Below, piece after piece: positions 10,266 through 19,443 of a stretch of 64,000 nucleotides of DNA; position 1 is the stretch's first letter; each line of letters opens with the position of its first letter. Under the pieces are notes generated by a model that made no database searches, was not told the DNA's origin, and saw only the letters and a list, made by a program, of their open reading frames with translations. Both the position numbers and the translations under genes were made by a program. Origin of the DNA: Candidatus Hydrogenedentota bacterium (GTDB taxonomy: Bacteria; Hydrogenedentota; Hydrogenedentia; Hydrogenedentales; SLHB01); NCBI GenBank assembly GCA_045863335.1, contig BTVY01000040.1, positions 1-64,000 of the forward strand, in the 5' to 3' direction.

Positions 10266-10915
10266 GGCCGCTTCGCTCCTGCGTGTGGGCGGTTATGTGA
10301 ATGAGGCGTCACTTTTGAGGACGATGGCGCGATCCCCTCGCAGAACGCGCCCCACGCGCGATCGATGTGCCGCGCGGCATCGAACCCGCCATCGCTCATG
10401 AACATCAGAATCGCCGCGGGTTGGAACAGGCCCAGGTACATCACCGCCACCGTGTCTGCATCCACATCGTCGCGCACCGAGCCGTCGGCCTGGCCCTGAC
10501 GGACGAGGCCGGCCACGGCTTCCAAATACCGGGAAATCGTTTCGTAGATACGCGCCTTCCGCGCCGGGTTCCCCACGCAGACTTCGTCGGAGAACAAGAG
10601 TCTCGGAATGGCTTGAAAATGCTGGACCAAGGTAAGGTGTTGCCGCAATAAATGCCGGAGCCGCTCCATTGGCGGCAGCGGTTCCTCGGATGCCGCCGCG
10701 ACGATTCCTTCCAGTTTACCGCGAATCAGATCGAGCATGGCGTCGATGACGGCCTGCTTCCCGGAAAAATGCCGATACAACGCGGACGGCACAATCCCAA
10801 CCCGCTGCGCCACCCGTTCCATTCGGAGCCCGCGCAATCCATGGGCATGGACCACGCCAAGGGCGGCCTCTGCAATCTGTTCTTTCCGGATTTCGGTCTG
10901 AAGCTTTCGCGCCAT
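10262..10915 (-). CDS. TetR/AcrR family transcriptional regulator
   Basis: HTH VAQRVGIVPSALYRHFSGK; first gene of the efflux operon; ATG 10915. Confidence 0.9.
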   Translation of the reverse strand: MARKLQTEIRKEQIAEAALGVVHAHGLRGLRMERVAQRVGIVPSALYRHFSGKQAVIDAMLDLIRGKLEGIVAAASEEPLPPMERLRHLLRQHLTLVQHFQAIPRLLFSDEVCVGNPARKARIYETISRYLEAVAGLVRQGQADGSVRDDVDADTVAVMYLGLFQPAAILMFMSDGGFDAARHIDRAWGAFCEGIAPSSSKVTPHSHNRPHAGAKRP

Positions 10916-10926
10916 TTCGTTCACCA

Positions 10927-10948
10927 AATGTGAATGTATATTCACATT
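10927..10948. promoter_or_regulatory. Probable TetR operator palindrome
   Basis: AATGTGAAT-GTAT-ATTCACATT, perfect 9-bp arms, 11 nt upstream of the tetR start. Confidence 0.75.
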
Positions 10949-11113
10949 ATCGCAGCAAATGGCCTTTCCGTCAAGAGGGTTTTGCAAGAGATACGGGAGC
11001 GCGCCCGCCAGGACCTGCCGCATCCTGCCGCGTCAAATCGTTCCAAATCACTGCTGTGTATCGGGTAACGACGAAGGCCCCTTATAAAGGAAGCCCGGTG
11101 GACGTTTGCCCGA

Positions 11114-11872
11114 TCAGGGGCGGTTCGCGATGCGGTTGATCATCGAGGCCAGCATGCCCGCGCCGAAACCGTTGTCGATATTCACGACGGACACACCGGA
11201 GGCACAGGAGTTCAGCATGGCCAGGAGCGCAGCGATCCCGCCGAAGTTCGCGCCATAACCGATGCTCGTGGGCACGGCGATGACGGGCACGTCAACCAGC
11301 CCCGCCACAACACTCGGCAACGCGCCTTCCATCCCGGCGCAGACGATGATGGCGTTCGCACTCTGAAAGAGTTCGTGGTGTCCAAGGAGTCGATGAATGC
11401 CCGCCACCCCCACGTCGTACACGCGCTTGATGGGGCACCCGTAGGCTTCACAAGTTACGGCAGCTTCTTCGGCCACCGGCAAGTCAGACGTCCCGGCACA
11501 TCCCACGACCACAAACCCGGTCTGCGGCTCTGGCGGTGTGACGGTGACCGTGATAGCCCGTGCCAGATCGTGGTGCACGGCGTCCGGATGTTCCGCCAAT
11601 ACCGCAGTGACCACTTCCGGGGAACATCGCGTCGCCAGCACGTTGCTCCCGTGCGCGCGGATGCGCCCGACAATTTCCGAGACCTGCTTCGGGGTCTTGC
11701 CCGCGGCAAAGATGGCTTCCGGATAGCCCTGCCGGATGCCGCGATGATGGTCCACCTTCGCGAATCCGAGGTCTTCGAACGGCATGCCGCGCAACCGTTC
11801 CAACGCGGCAGCGGGCGGCACGGCGCCCGTGGAAACTTCTTCCAGCAATGCGAGTAGTTTTGTTCGATCCAT
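11114..11872 (-). CDS. larB: Nickel-pincer cofactor biosynthesis protein LarB (PurE-like)
   Basis: FAKVDHHR...GYPEAIF, AGTSDLPVAEEA, DVGVAGIHRL, AGMEGALPSVV, PTSIGYG, VVNIDNGFGA. Confidence 0.93.
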   Translation of the reverse strand: MDRTKLLALLEEVSTGAVPPAAALERLRGMPFEDLGFAKVDHHRGIRQGYPEAIFAAGKTPKQVSEIVGRIRAHGSNVLATRCSPEVVTAVLAEHPDAVHHDLARAITVTVTPPEPQTGFVVVGCAGTSDLPVAEEAAVTCEAYGCPIKRVYDVGVAGIHRLLGHHELFQSANAIIVCAGMEGALPSVVAGLVDVPVIAVPTSIGYGANFGGIAALLAMLNSCASGVSVVNIDNGFGAGMLASMINRIANRP

Positions 11873-11930
11873 GATGATTCCAGGTCCAGCATCCGTCGGG
11901 CGGAATTGCCCGCGGGAGGGTTATCCTAAA

Positions 11931-12023
11931 AGAAAAAAGGGGACAGTTACCATTTTCCTTTTAGATTGCTGAGCAAGTGGCAAGGGCGCCGGGAAGGAAA
12001 ATGGAAACTGTCCCCATTTTTCT
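11931..12023. repeat. Long inverted repeat, REP-like family B (GGGGACAG...CTGTCCCC)
   Basis: 30-bp arms at 11931-11960 and 11994-12023 with 2 mismatches; related element at 51077-51159. Confidence 0.7.
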
Positions 12024-15000
12024 TACTGCGGCCGCGGGGGGCCTGCTTTCGCCATGGGAGACGGCGCTTGCGTGCGCAAGGCCGCAGGTCCAAGCACAGC
12101 GTAGATGCGCGGTTTGGAATCCGGCGCGGTGAACTGGCGGCGGGCGGGATCACGCTTGAGTTCCCCTAACGGCGTCCAGGTTCCGTTCGCATCCAACGCG
12201 TACAGGGACAACTGATCGAGCGCGTCGGCGGAACAGACTTCGGGCGCGACGCGGAGGTGTATTTTCAGATTCACGCTCTCCTCCGGCGATTGACAGTCGG
12301 CTGCGACGAATTCGGTAAACGCTGCAACACCGTCCGGCAACGGCGCGGGCGGATTCTGGTAGGCCACCAGACGAACCCCGAACGGTGCATCGGACCGCAG
12401 TTCAATCAGACCGTCCATATCCGGCGGTTGCAACTTCACGCTCGAACCCCAGGTGATTGCCCCCTGCCGGATCGTGGGATCGGCCTTGGCGGCTGCCACC
12501 GCGAGGGGCGGCGGATCGGCCGCGGACACGGATGGCTCCGGAGCGGGCGGACGGGCGGCGGGTTCGGAAGGAACCAGCGGCGATGAAACTTGACTCTTCT
12601 TCGGCTCCGCAGGAACCAACGGGGCAGACACTGGGGTCGGGGCCGGTTGCTCGGGCACCTTGGGCGCTTCCGGCATGAACGGGACAGCGGGCTGCTCCGG
12701 CACGACTTCGGCCACGCGCATGCGCGATTCCGCGTTGGGACCGGGACGATAGTCTTCGGGCCCCAACACAGCGTAGGTGCGCGGGCTGCGGTCGCGGGCC
12801 GTGAACGTGCGGGTCTGGTAGTTGACCTCCTGCGCTTCGAGGGGCGCCCACCCGTTCGTGGAATCGTAGGCAAAGATCGCCAGGTACGGCAGGGATTCCT
12901 GCGCAACCAGTTCCGGCGCGAGCGTAACGCGCAGATCCACGGCGGAAGGCACGGTAATGGGGTCCTGCACGATGTGCGCATAGACCGAGTACGTGGCCAA
13001 ACCTGACGGCAATGGCGCAGGCGGATCGGTGAAAATCTCGGTCGTGACGTGGACCGGATCGCGTGCACTGATAACGCATTCCGCGTCCATTCCCGGCGGC
13101 GCAACGCGCACCTTCGATCCGTAGGCGCTCTCCGCAAGCCGCGTCACTTCCGCCGGATCGAAGTACGCGGTTTTCAATCGGCGATCCTGGATGAGCGCCA
13201 TCTGATCCGCGAAATGCGGCGAGTCCGGATCTTCAGAAGCGCCAAAGGGAACCATGCTCGCCGCGCGGACGCGGTCCGCGCCGAAGGCAACGACCATCCC
13301 GAATCCGTAACCGTAGTTCACCTTCCAACTGCCGTCCTGAAACGCGTCATCCGATGCCACAAACAAGGGCTGCCCCGAAGATCCGCCCGGCGCGGGCAAT
13401 ATCGTGTCCCCGCGCACAAAGGTGTGCACGTCGCCCCACGGCACGTGGAGGGTCTGAAATTCGCTGCGCAACAGCATGGCCGCTTCCTCGGCGGCGCGCA
13501 ATCCCGCTTCCTGGATCTCCGGCGAATTTCCACCCATGGCCGCCACGAGGTCCACATCATTGAACTGCCCCGTCAACCGGCGCAGGGCCGTCCACCAGAG
13601 GTGGTAGTAGGTCATGCCCGCGCTGTCCGGTTCGGCCACGTAGTTCCAGCCGTGCAAACCGTCGATACACGGCGCAAGATCGGGATGGGCCTTCAGCACG
13701 CGGTCGGCATGAGCCTCCGCAGTCTGCTTGAGCCACGGCACGGCGTACATGGCGGCGGGCGCGACGACGTCGTAGAGCATGGATTGCACGTCTTCGAAGG
13801 ATCGAGTGCCCAGGGCTAGCAGGCGCCGGGCCCGTTGCGCACGAAAGGTGTCAGCCTCGGGAGCAAACCAGCCGGGCCACTGATCGCGCGACAGGTCCGT
13901 GCGTTCCGACGCGCCCCAGGGCGGGTTGCCGCAGGCCTGAATATACCCGGCGGCCGGATTCGTCAAAGACGGCAATGCCGAGGGCGGCAGAATAGGTCCC
14001 CATTCGAATACCGAACTGCCGCCAGGTACCGGCAATGCCCAGTTGACGGTGCGCGGCGACGAGTTTGGTTCGCCCGACTCGGCGGCCTCGGCGGGGGTCA
14101 GCATGTTGACGGGACCGGGCCAGTATTTGCTTCCGACCTTGGTGTTGTACAGGTAGAAGATATTGCCTTGCCGGTCCGCGTAGGTCACGTGAAAGCAGGG
14201 AAGCTGATGCAATTCAAGGGCCGACTGAAACTGCGGCAAGCTTTGCGCGGCGCCCATGAGATGCAACTGCCGCAAGGCACCGAAATCGCGATAGCCGCCG
14301 ATGTGGTACGAGGCAAACTTCCCCTTGTGCTTTCCGATGATGGGGCCGCGTTCGGTATCGAGGTAGGGAATCTGCCGCTCTTCCATCCCTCCGGCTTGGC
14401 GCACAAAGTAGGTGCGCGAATTGGCCACCATCTGCATGTACCGCACCGAATCGCGGTTCGCGAAGATGGATGCGGGGTTGGACGGGTCCACCTCGCCCGC
14501 CGACCCCGGTTCCAGGTAAACATCGGCGAAGTCATTAAAGTTCGGCGTCAAGGCCCAGCCCAACGCGCCGTTGTGTCCTTGCATGATGACCGGGATGCCG
14601 AACAGGGTTGCCCCTGAGACATTGAAGTCGCCGACGGTGAGCTGCGCTTCGTACCACTGGAACGGCCCGCGGTAGTCTGTATGGGGATTGATGGCGATCA
14701 TGGTTTCGCCCGTGGTCGTGCGGGAGGGGCCCAATGCCCAAGCGTTCCCCGTGGTCGCTGCGGGTGAACGGCCCCATGCCTCGGGCAGGTCGAAAGGCGC
14801 GAAGCTCATCAGGTAGCAGTGAAAAAGCGCGAGGATTTCTTCGGGGCGCACACCGTCGGCCCAATCCGGCGCATCGCCCGGATGCTCCACGAGCCACGTG
14901 TTGACGCCCAGGGCGAACCCGGCGCAGAGGTCGCGCGTAATCTCATCCGCATAGGGGAAGACGGATTGCGCCGCCTCGAGATGGCCCAATTGCAGGGCGA

Positions 15001-15346
15001 ACTGATCGGAGTTTGCGTACTCCTCGCCGTAGACTTCCGCCGCGCGTCCGCAGGCCACGCGATAGGCGAAGAGCATGCGCTCGATGTGGTCGTCGGCCTG
15101 GGCATACCCAAAGGCAAAAGCCATGGCGAAGAAGTTGTCGGCCTGGATGTGGGGCACGCCCCATTCGTCGCGGTAGAGGGTAGCCTGCTCCCACAACGCG
15201 CGGGGGTCCTGCACGGGTTGCGCCGTGGCGGACGGGCTGTCAAGCAGCGCGACAACGCATACGACACCCGCGAATACGGCCCGCACCGCCATTCGGAATC
15301 GCGGATTTATCGTCGCCAGGTCTCTTGGAAATTGCAGATTCTTCAC
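12023..15346 (-). CDS. Penicillin acylase/AHL-acylase family (Ntn hydrolase S45) protein with duplicated C-terminal domain and Pro-rich linker
   Basis: Signal peptide, RDEWGVPHI, FGYAQADD, NAWALGPSRT, INPH, WYEAQL, YADRQGNIFY, DPDSPHFADQ. Confidence 0.85.
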   Translation of the reverse strand: MKNLQFPRDLATINPRFRMAVRAVFAGVVCVVALLDSPSATAQPVQDPRALWEQATLYRDEWGVPHIQADNFFAMAFAFGYAQADDHIERMLFAYRVACGRAAEVYGEEYANSDQFALQLGHLEAAQSVFPYADEITRDLCAGFALGVNTWLVEHPGDAPDWADGVRPEEILALFHCYLMSFAPFDLPEAWGRSPAATTGNAWALGPSRTTTGETMIAINPHTDYRGPFQWYEAQLTVGDFNVSGATLFGIPVIMQGHNGALGWALTPNFNDFADVYLEPGSAGEVDPSNPASIFANRDSVRYMQMVANSRTYFVRQAGGMEERQIPYLDTERGPIIGKHKGKFASYHIGGYRDFGALRQLHLMGAAQSLPQFQSALELHQLPCFHVTYADRQGNIFYLYNTKVGSKYWPGPVNMLTPAEAAESGEPNSSPRTVNWALPVPGGSSVFEWGPILPPSALPSLTNPAAGYIQACGNPPWGASERTDLSRDQWPGWFAPEADTFRAQRARRLLALGTRSFEDVQSMLYDVVAPAAMYAVPWLKQTAEAHADRVLKAHPDLAPCIDGLHGWNYVAEPDSAGMTYYHLWWTALRRLTGQFNDVDLVAAMGGNSPEIQEAGLRAAEEAAMLLRSEFQTLHVPWGDVHTFVRGDTILPAPGGSSGQPLFVASDDAFQDGSWKVNYGYGFGMVVAFGADRVRAASMVPFGASEDPDSPHFADQMALIQDRRLKTAYFDPAEVTRLAESAYGSKVRVAPPGMDAECVISARDPVHVTTEIFTDPPAPLPSGLATYSVYAHIVQDPITVPSAVDLRVTLAPELVAQESLPYLAIFAYDSTNGWAPLEAQEVNYQTRTFTARDRSPRTYAVLGPEDYRPGPNAESRMRVAEVVPEQPAVPFMPEAPKVPEQPAPTPVSAPLVPAEPKKSQVSSPLVPSEPAARPPAPEPSVSAADPPPLAVAAAKADPTIRQGAITWGSSVKLQPPDMDGLIELRSDAPFGVRLVAYQNPPAPLPDGVAAFTEFVAADCQSPEESVNLKIHLRVAPEVCSADALDQLSLYALDANGTWTPLGELKRDPARRQFTAPDSKPRIYAVLGPAALRTQAPSPMAKAGPPRPQ

Positions 15347-15403
15347 GCCTCGGATCGTCTACTTTGCGGCGGGGGCTTGTCAATTATTTCCGGGATTCGA
15401 GGC

Positions 15404-16237
15404 CTACACAAAGGCTACTACGACGCCGGTACCGTCAACGGCCGCGCCTGCCATGTGGGGAGTGTTGTGGGCGTAGCCTATCCGGCCTTGTGCGTCCAGA
15501 CAGATAAGACCGCCTTGCCCGCGTATTTCGTCGAGCAGCGCAACTCCCGCCTCGGCAGCGGCTTGGGCTTTGCCGAACCGCGTGACCGCGTCCGCCACGC
15601 TCCGCGCCATGAGTACGCGCATGAGGTCCTCGCCCACGCCAGTCGCCGAAACACCGCAAATGTGGTCCGCATACCCTCCGCATCCGATGAGGGGCGAGTC
15701 GCCGACGCGTCCGGGCATCTTGTTGCACGTGCCTCCGGTGGACGTAGCCGATGCGATTCTGCCCTGCACATCGAGCGCGACGGCGCCGACGGTATCCTGT
15801 GCAGGGTTCGCACCGGAACGTACGATGAGTCGCTCCGTTGCGAAGAACTCGAACCCGTTGGCGTGGGCAAACTGCGTCGCGCCATCCGCCACGAGAAACC
15901 GGTGCGGCGTGGACTCCATTACCTTCCGCGCCACCGATATCGGATGCTGGACGTTGCGAATCCCCGCGACCGCGCCGAAGTCGCGCGCGGCGCCGTCGAC
16001 GATTAGCGCGTCCATCTCCACCTCGCCGGCAGTAGTTGGATGCGAGCCCGTGCCCGAGTTGAACAGGGGATTGTCTTCCAACATCCGCACCGCACACTCG
16101 ACGGCATCCAGGGCGGATGCGCCGTCCTGCAACAAGCGGTACGCCGCGTCCCGGGCGGCTTCGCACCCCTTCTTTGCGTCCGCGTACTTTGCCTCCGGCC
16201 ACTTCCCCGCGCCACCGTGTACGATGATTGCGATCAT
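15404..16237 (-). CDS. iaaA: Isoaspartyl peptidase/L-asparaginase (Ntn, plant type)
   Basis: IIVHGGAG, LEDNPLFNSG, catalytic DTVGAVALD, TSTGG, GRVGDSP, SATGVGE. Confidence 0.92.
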   Translation of the reverse strand: MIAIIVHGGAGKWPEAKYADAKKGCEAARDAAYRLLQDGASALDAVECAVRMLEDNPLFNSGTGSHPTTAGEVEMDALIVDGAARDFGAVAGIRNVQHPISVARKVMESTPHRFLVADGATQFAHANGFEFFATERLIVRSGANPAQDTVGAVALDVQGRIASATSTGGTCNKMPGRVGDSPLIGCGGYADHICGVSATGVGEDLMRVLMARSVADAVTRFGKAQAAAEAGVALLDEIRGQGGLICLDAQGRIGYAHNTPHMAGAAVDGTGVVVAFV

Positions 16238-16294
16238 GAAGGGATCCTCCAGCTTCCCCGGGTCGTAATCCTACCAAAGCGATCTCGTCGCAAA

Positions 16295-16373
16295 GTAACG
16301 CAGACGTCCCCGCCTGCTATCTTCAATCCCACGGGTATCTGCTTATCGTGCAGGCGGGGACGCCTGCGCTACA
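16295..16373. repeat. Inverted pair of REP-like palindromes, family C (GTAGCGCAGGCGTCCCGCCTGC)
   Basis: Arms at 16295-16317 and 16350-16372; second pair at 47715-47795. Confidence 0.7.
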
Positions 16374-16446
16374 TTGTGACGCCTTCTTCCGGATTGCGTT
16401 CATCGCAGGGTCGCATTCTCCGCGTCTAATCTCGTAGGCTACGTGT

Positions 16447-17538
16447 ATGAGTACCATTCAGAGACCCGTGCACATCGATCGCCGGACCTTCCTGCTCGGC
16501 GCAACCACCAGTGTTGTGGGCGCAGGCCTTTGGACCGCTTCCGCACAGAAACCGGCGCCCATGCCCAGCCACCTCCCCCGTTGGCGCGGATTCAATCTTC
16601 AGGAGAAGTTCATCGCCGAAAACAAGGGGCCGTTCAAGGAGCAGGATTTCGACTGGATCGCGGAATGGGGATTCGATTTCGTCCGGCTGCCTTTGGACTA
16701 CCGTTGCTGGTCAACCCAGGACGACTGGTTCACCATCAACGACGCCGAGTTGGCGGAGATTGACCAGGCCGTCGACTTCGGACGCCAGCGCGGTATCCAC
16801 GTATGCCTGAACTTCCACCGTGCGCCGGGCTATTCCGTCAATCCAAATCCGCCGGAGCCGGTACTCCTTTGGGACGACGCCAAGGCTCAGGAAGCTTTCG
16901 CCTTTCAGTGGGCCCAATTCGCCGAACGATTCAAAGGGGTGCCAAACGCGACTCTCAGCTTCGATCTCGTGAACGAACCTGCCAAGGTTCCCACCGAGAA
17001 ATACGTCGCCGTAGCGCGCCGAATTATCGATGCCATCCGCGCCGTGGATCCGGACCGGCTCATCATCTCCGACGGCATGCAGTGGGGACGCCAGCCCATA
17101 CACGAACTTGCCGGCGCGGGCGTTGCGCAGAGTACACGCGGCTATGATCCATTTCGTTTGACGCATTACAAAGCCTCCTGGGTCGAAGGGGCGGATACCT
17201 GGGATGAGCCGGATTGGCCCTTTACGTTCGGCGGCGAGGTTTGGGATAAGCAACGCCTTTATGAAACGGCCATCGAACCCTGGAAAGCGTTGGAAGCCAA
17301 AGGTGTAGGCGTCCACGTGGGCGAGTGGGGCGCCTTCAACCAGACGCCCCGCGAAGTGACGCTTGCGTGGATGCGGGACATGCTGGCACTCTGGCGAGAT
17401 GCAGGATGGGGCTGGGCCTTGTGGAACCTCCGTGGCGGCTTCGGACCAGTCGATTCGCAGCGCAGCGACGTTCCGTATGAAGACTTCCGCGGCCATCAAT
17501 TGGATCGCGCCATGCTGGACTTGTTGCAGAACAATTGA
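16447..17538 (+). CDS. Glycoside hydrolase family 5, Tat-exported
   Basis: Tat RRTFLLG; RGFNL, GFDFVRLP, acid/base NEP, nucleophile VGEWG, WALWN. Confidence 0.9.
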   Translation: MSTIQRPVHIDRRTFLLGATTSVVGAGLWTASAQKPAPMPSHLPRWRGFNLQEKFIAENKGPFKEQDFDWIAEWGFDFVRLPLDYRCWSTQDDWFTINDAELAEIDQAVDFGRQRGIHVCLNFHRAPGYSVNPNPPEPVLLWDDAKAQEAFAFQWAQFAERFKGVPNATLSFDLVNEPAKVPTEKYVAVARRIIDAIRAVDPDRLIISDGMQWGRQPIHELAGAGVAQSTRGYDPFRLTHYKASWVEGADTWDEPDWPFTFGGEVWDKQRLYETAIEPWKALEAKGVGVHVGEWGAFNQTPREVTLAWMRDMLALWRDAGWGWALWNLRGGFGPVDSQRSDVPYEDFRGHQLDRAMLDLLQNN

Positions 17539-17735
17539 CTCTTGCGTTAACACCCTGTAATTGATAGAGTTATAAACGCAAAACCCAATCGCGGCATATT
17601 CGAATATTCCCGCAAGGTCTCGCTGTTCCGGGTACAATAGCCTTACGACGGTTCGCGTCAAGGCCGTCGTGCAGGGGTCGGTCGAATAAAGTTCGTACCG
17701 CCGCGTCCGATATACCAAGTGGGATAGAACGCTCG

Positions 17736-19337
17736 ATGACGCTCCGGACATTGGCACTGGGTTTTCTCGTCAGCGGAATGATGGGATTCGCCGCACACGC
17801 GGAGGAACCGCGTCCGCACCTGGGACCCGTGTATGTCGTCGAAATCACCCTTTCCGATCCGGCCGCCGACGTGGATCACCTGTCGGACGCCGGGTTTTCC
17901 ATCAGCAGCCTGAAGGATAATATCGCCACGGTGCACGCCTCGCTCGACGAGTTGTTGTGGCTGAAGGTGGACGGATACGACTTCGACGTCGTCGAGCAGC
18001 AGCCCAGTCCCAGCGCGCCCAAGGGCGGCGCGAAGGCCCTCGGCGAATACCACTCCTACGCGGACATGACGACCCTTCTCCAGACCTACGCGGCCGCGTA
18101 CGGGTCCAATCAAGCCGTCAATCCCGATATCTGCCGGCTCGTCTCCCTCGGCCAGTCGGTGCAAGGACGCGAACTCTGGGCCATGCTGATCACCGACAAT
18201 CCGGACGTGGAAGAATTCGAGCCGGAGTTCAAATACGTGTCGACCATCCACGGCGACGAAACGGTGGGCACGGAACTGTGCCTGTATTTCATCGATCACC
18301 TCCTGAGTCAATACACGGTCTCGAACCGGATTAAACGTCTCGTCAACCGCACGGCCATCTGGGTCGTGCCCTTGATGAATCCCGACGGACACGCATTGGG
18401 GACGCGGTTCAACGCGAACGGGTACGACCTGAACCGCTCGTTCCCCTCCTGGCCCGGCGATATCACAGGCACACAGTTCGACGGAGCGCCGTTGGATCTG
18501 ATGGGACGCCAATTGGAAGTGCAGCACGTAATGCAGTGGACGGCGGACAACAGCTTTACCTTGTCGGCAAATCTGCACACGGGCGCGCTGTTGGTGAATT
18601 ATCCCTTCGACGACGACGGGAAAGGGTCGGGCAACGACGCGCCCACGCCGGATGACGCCCTGTTCGAGTACGTGTCGGAGACCTACTCCATGTTCAACAC
18701 GCCCATGTACACGGACTCGGTGCCGTCGTTTCCGAAAGGCATTACGAATGGTTCGGCGTGGTATCAAATCGACGGCGGGATGCAGGACTGGAACTACCGG
18801 TACGTGGCGTGCAACGAAGTGACCATCGAGCTTTCCGAGGTAAAGAACCCGAATGCCTCGACATTGCCAACCTTCTGGGAAGACAACCGCGACTCCATGA
18901 TCGCCTACGCCGAGATGGCGGACATCGGTGTGCGAGGCCGCGTGCGCGACAAGGAGACGGGGGAACCCGTCTATGCCAAGGTGGAAGTCATCGGCAACAG
19001 TCAACCGGTGTTTACCGACCCCGACTACGGCGATTACCACCGAATGCTCCTGCCGGGGACGTACACGCTCAAGTTCTCCGCGCCGGGATACAAGAACAAA
19101 CGCAAACGCGATATCGTCGTCACGGATGGCCGCGCCGTACGGGTAAACCTGAAACTCAAGCCCCTGGTGATTAAGACGGACATCAACGACGACGGCGAAA
19201 CGAACGCCTCCGACGTGCAGCTTGTCGTCCTCGCCATCCTCGGAAAGTCGATAAGCCACGATCCAGACGCCAACGGAGACGGCGCCACCGACACGGTGGA
19301 TCTGCAGCTCGTCGTAAACGCCATCAGCCAAGGCTGA
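17736..19337 (+). CDS. M14 zinc carboxypeptidase with regulatory beta domain and C-terminal dockerin-like domain
   Basis: Signal peptide; HGDE, NPDG, DLNRSF, ANLHTG, GGMQDWNY, TIELS; YHRMLLPGTYTL; paired DINDDG...D and DANGDG...D repeats. Confidence 0.9.
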   Translation: MTLRTLALGFLVSGMMGFAAHAEEPRPHLGPVYVVEITLSDPAADVDHLSDAGFSISSLKDNIATVHASLDELLWLKVDGYDFDVVEQQPSPSAPKGGAKALGEYHSYADMTTLLQTYAAAYGSNQAVNPDICRLVSLGQSVQGRELWAMLITDNPDVEEFEPEFKYVSTIHGDETVGTELCLYFIDHLLSQYTVSNRIKRLVNRTAIWVVPLMNPDGHALGTRFNANGYDLNRSFPSWPGDITGTQFDGAPLDLMGRQLEVQHVMQWTADNSFTLSANLHTGALLVNYPFDDDGKGSGNDAPTPDDALFEYVSETYSMFNTPMYTDSVPSFPKGITNGSAWYQIDGGMQDWNYRYVACNEVTIELSEVKNPNASTLPTFWEDNRDSMIAYAEMADIGVRGRVRDKETGEPVYAKVEVIGNSQPVFTDPDYGDYHRMLLPGTYTLKFSAPGYKNKRKRDIVVTDGRAVRVNLKLKPLVIKTDINDDGETNASDVQLVVLAILGKSISHDPDANGDGATDTVDLQLVVNAISQG

Positions 19338-19443
19338 GGATCGGCACCTTGCCACTCCCTCTTTGGCGGGACTTATGCGTTTGTCTGTGACCGTCCGTGT
19401 CTGTCCGTGTTCCACGCAAGCTTGTGCGTTATAATTCCTCGCC

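Noticed and set aside
19383-19409. Three GTCYGTG units with a 10-bp period
   Set aside because: Too short and seen once; cannot be distinguished from chance.
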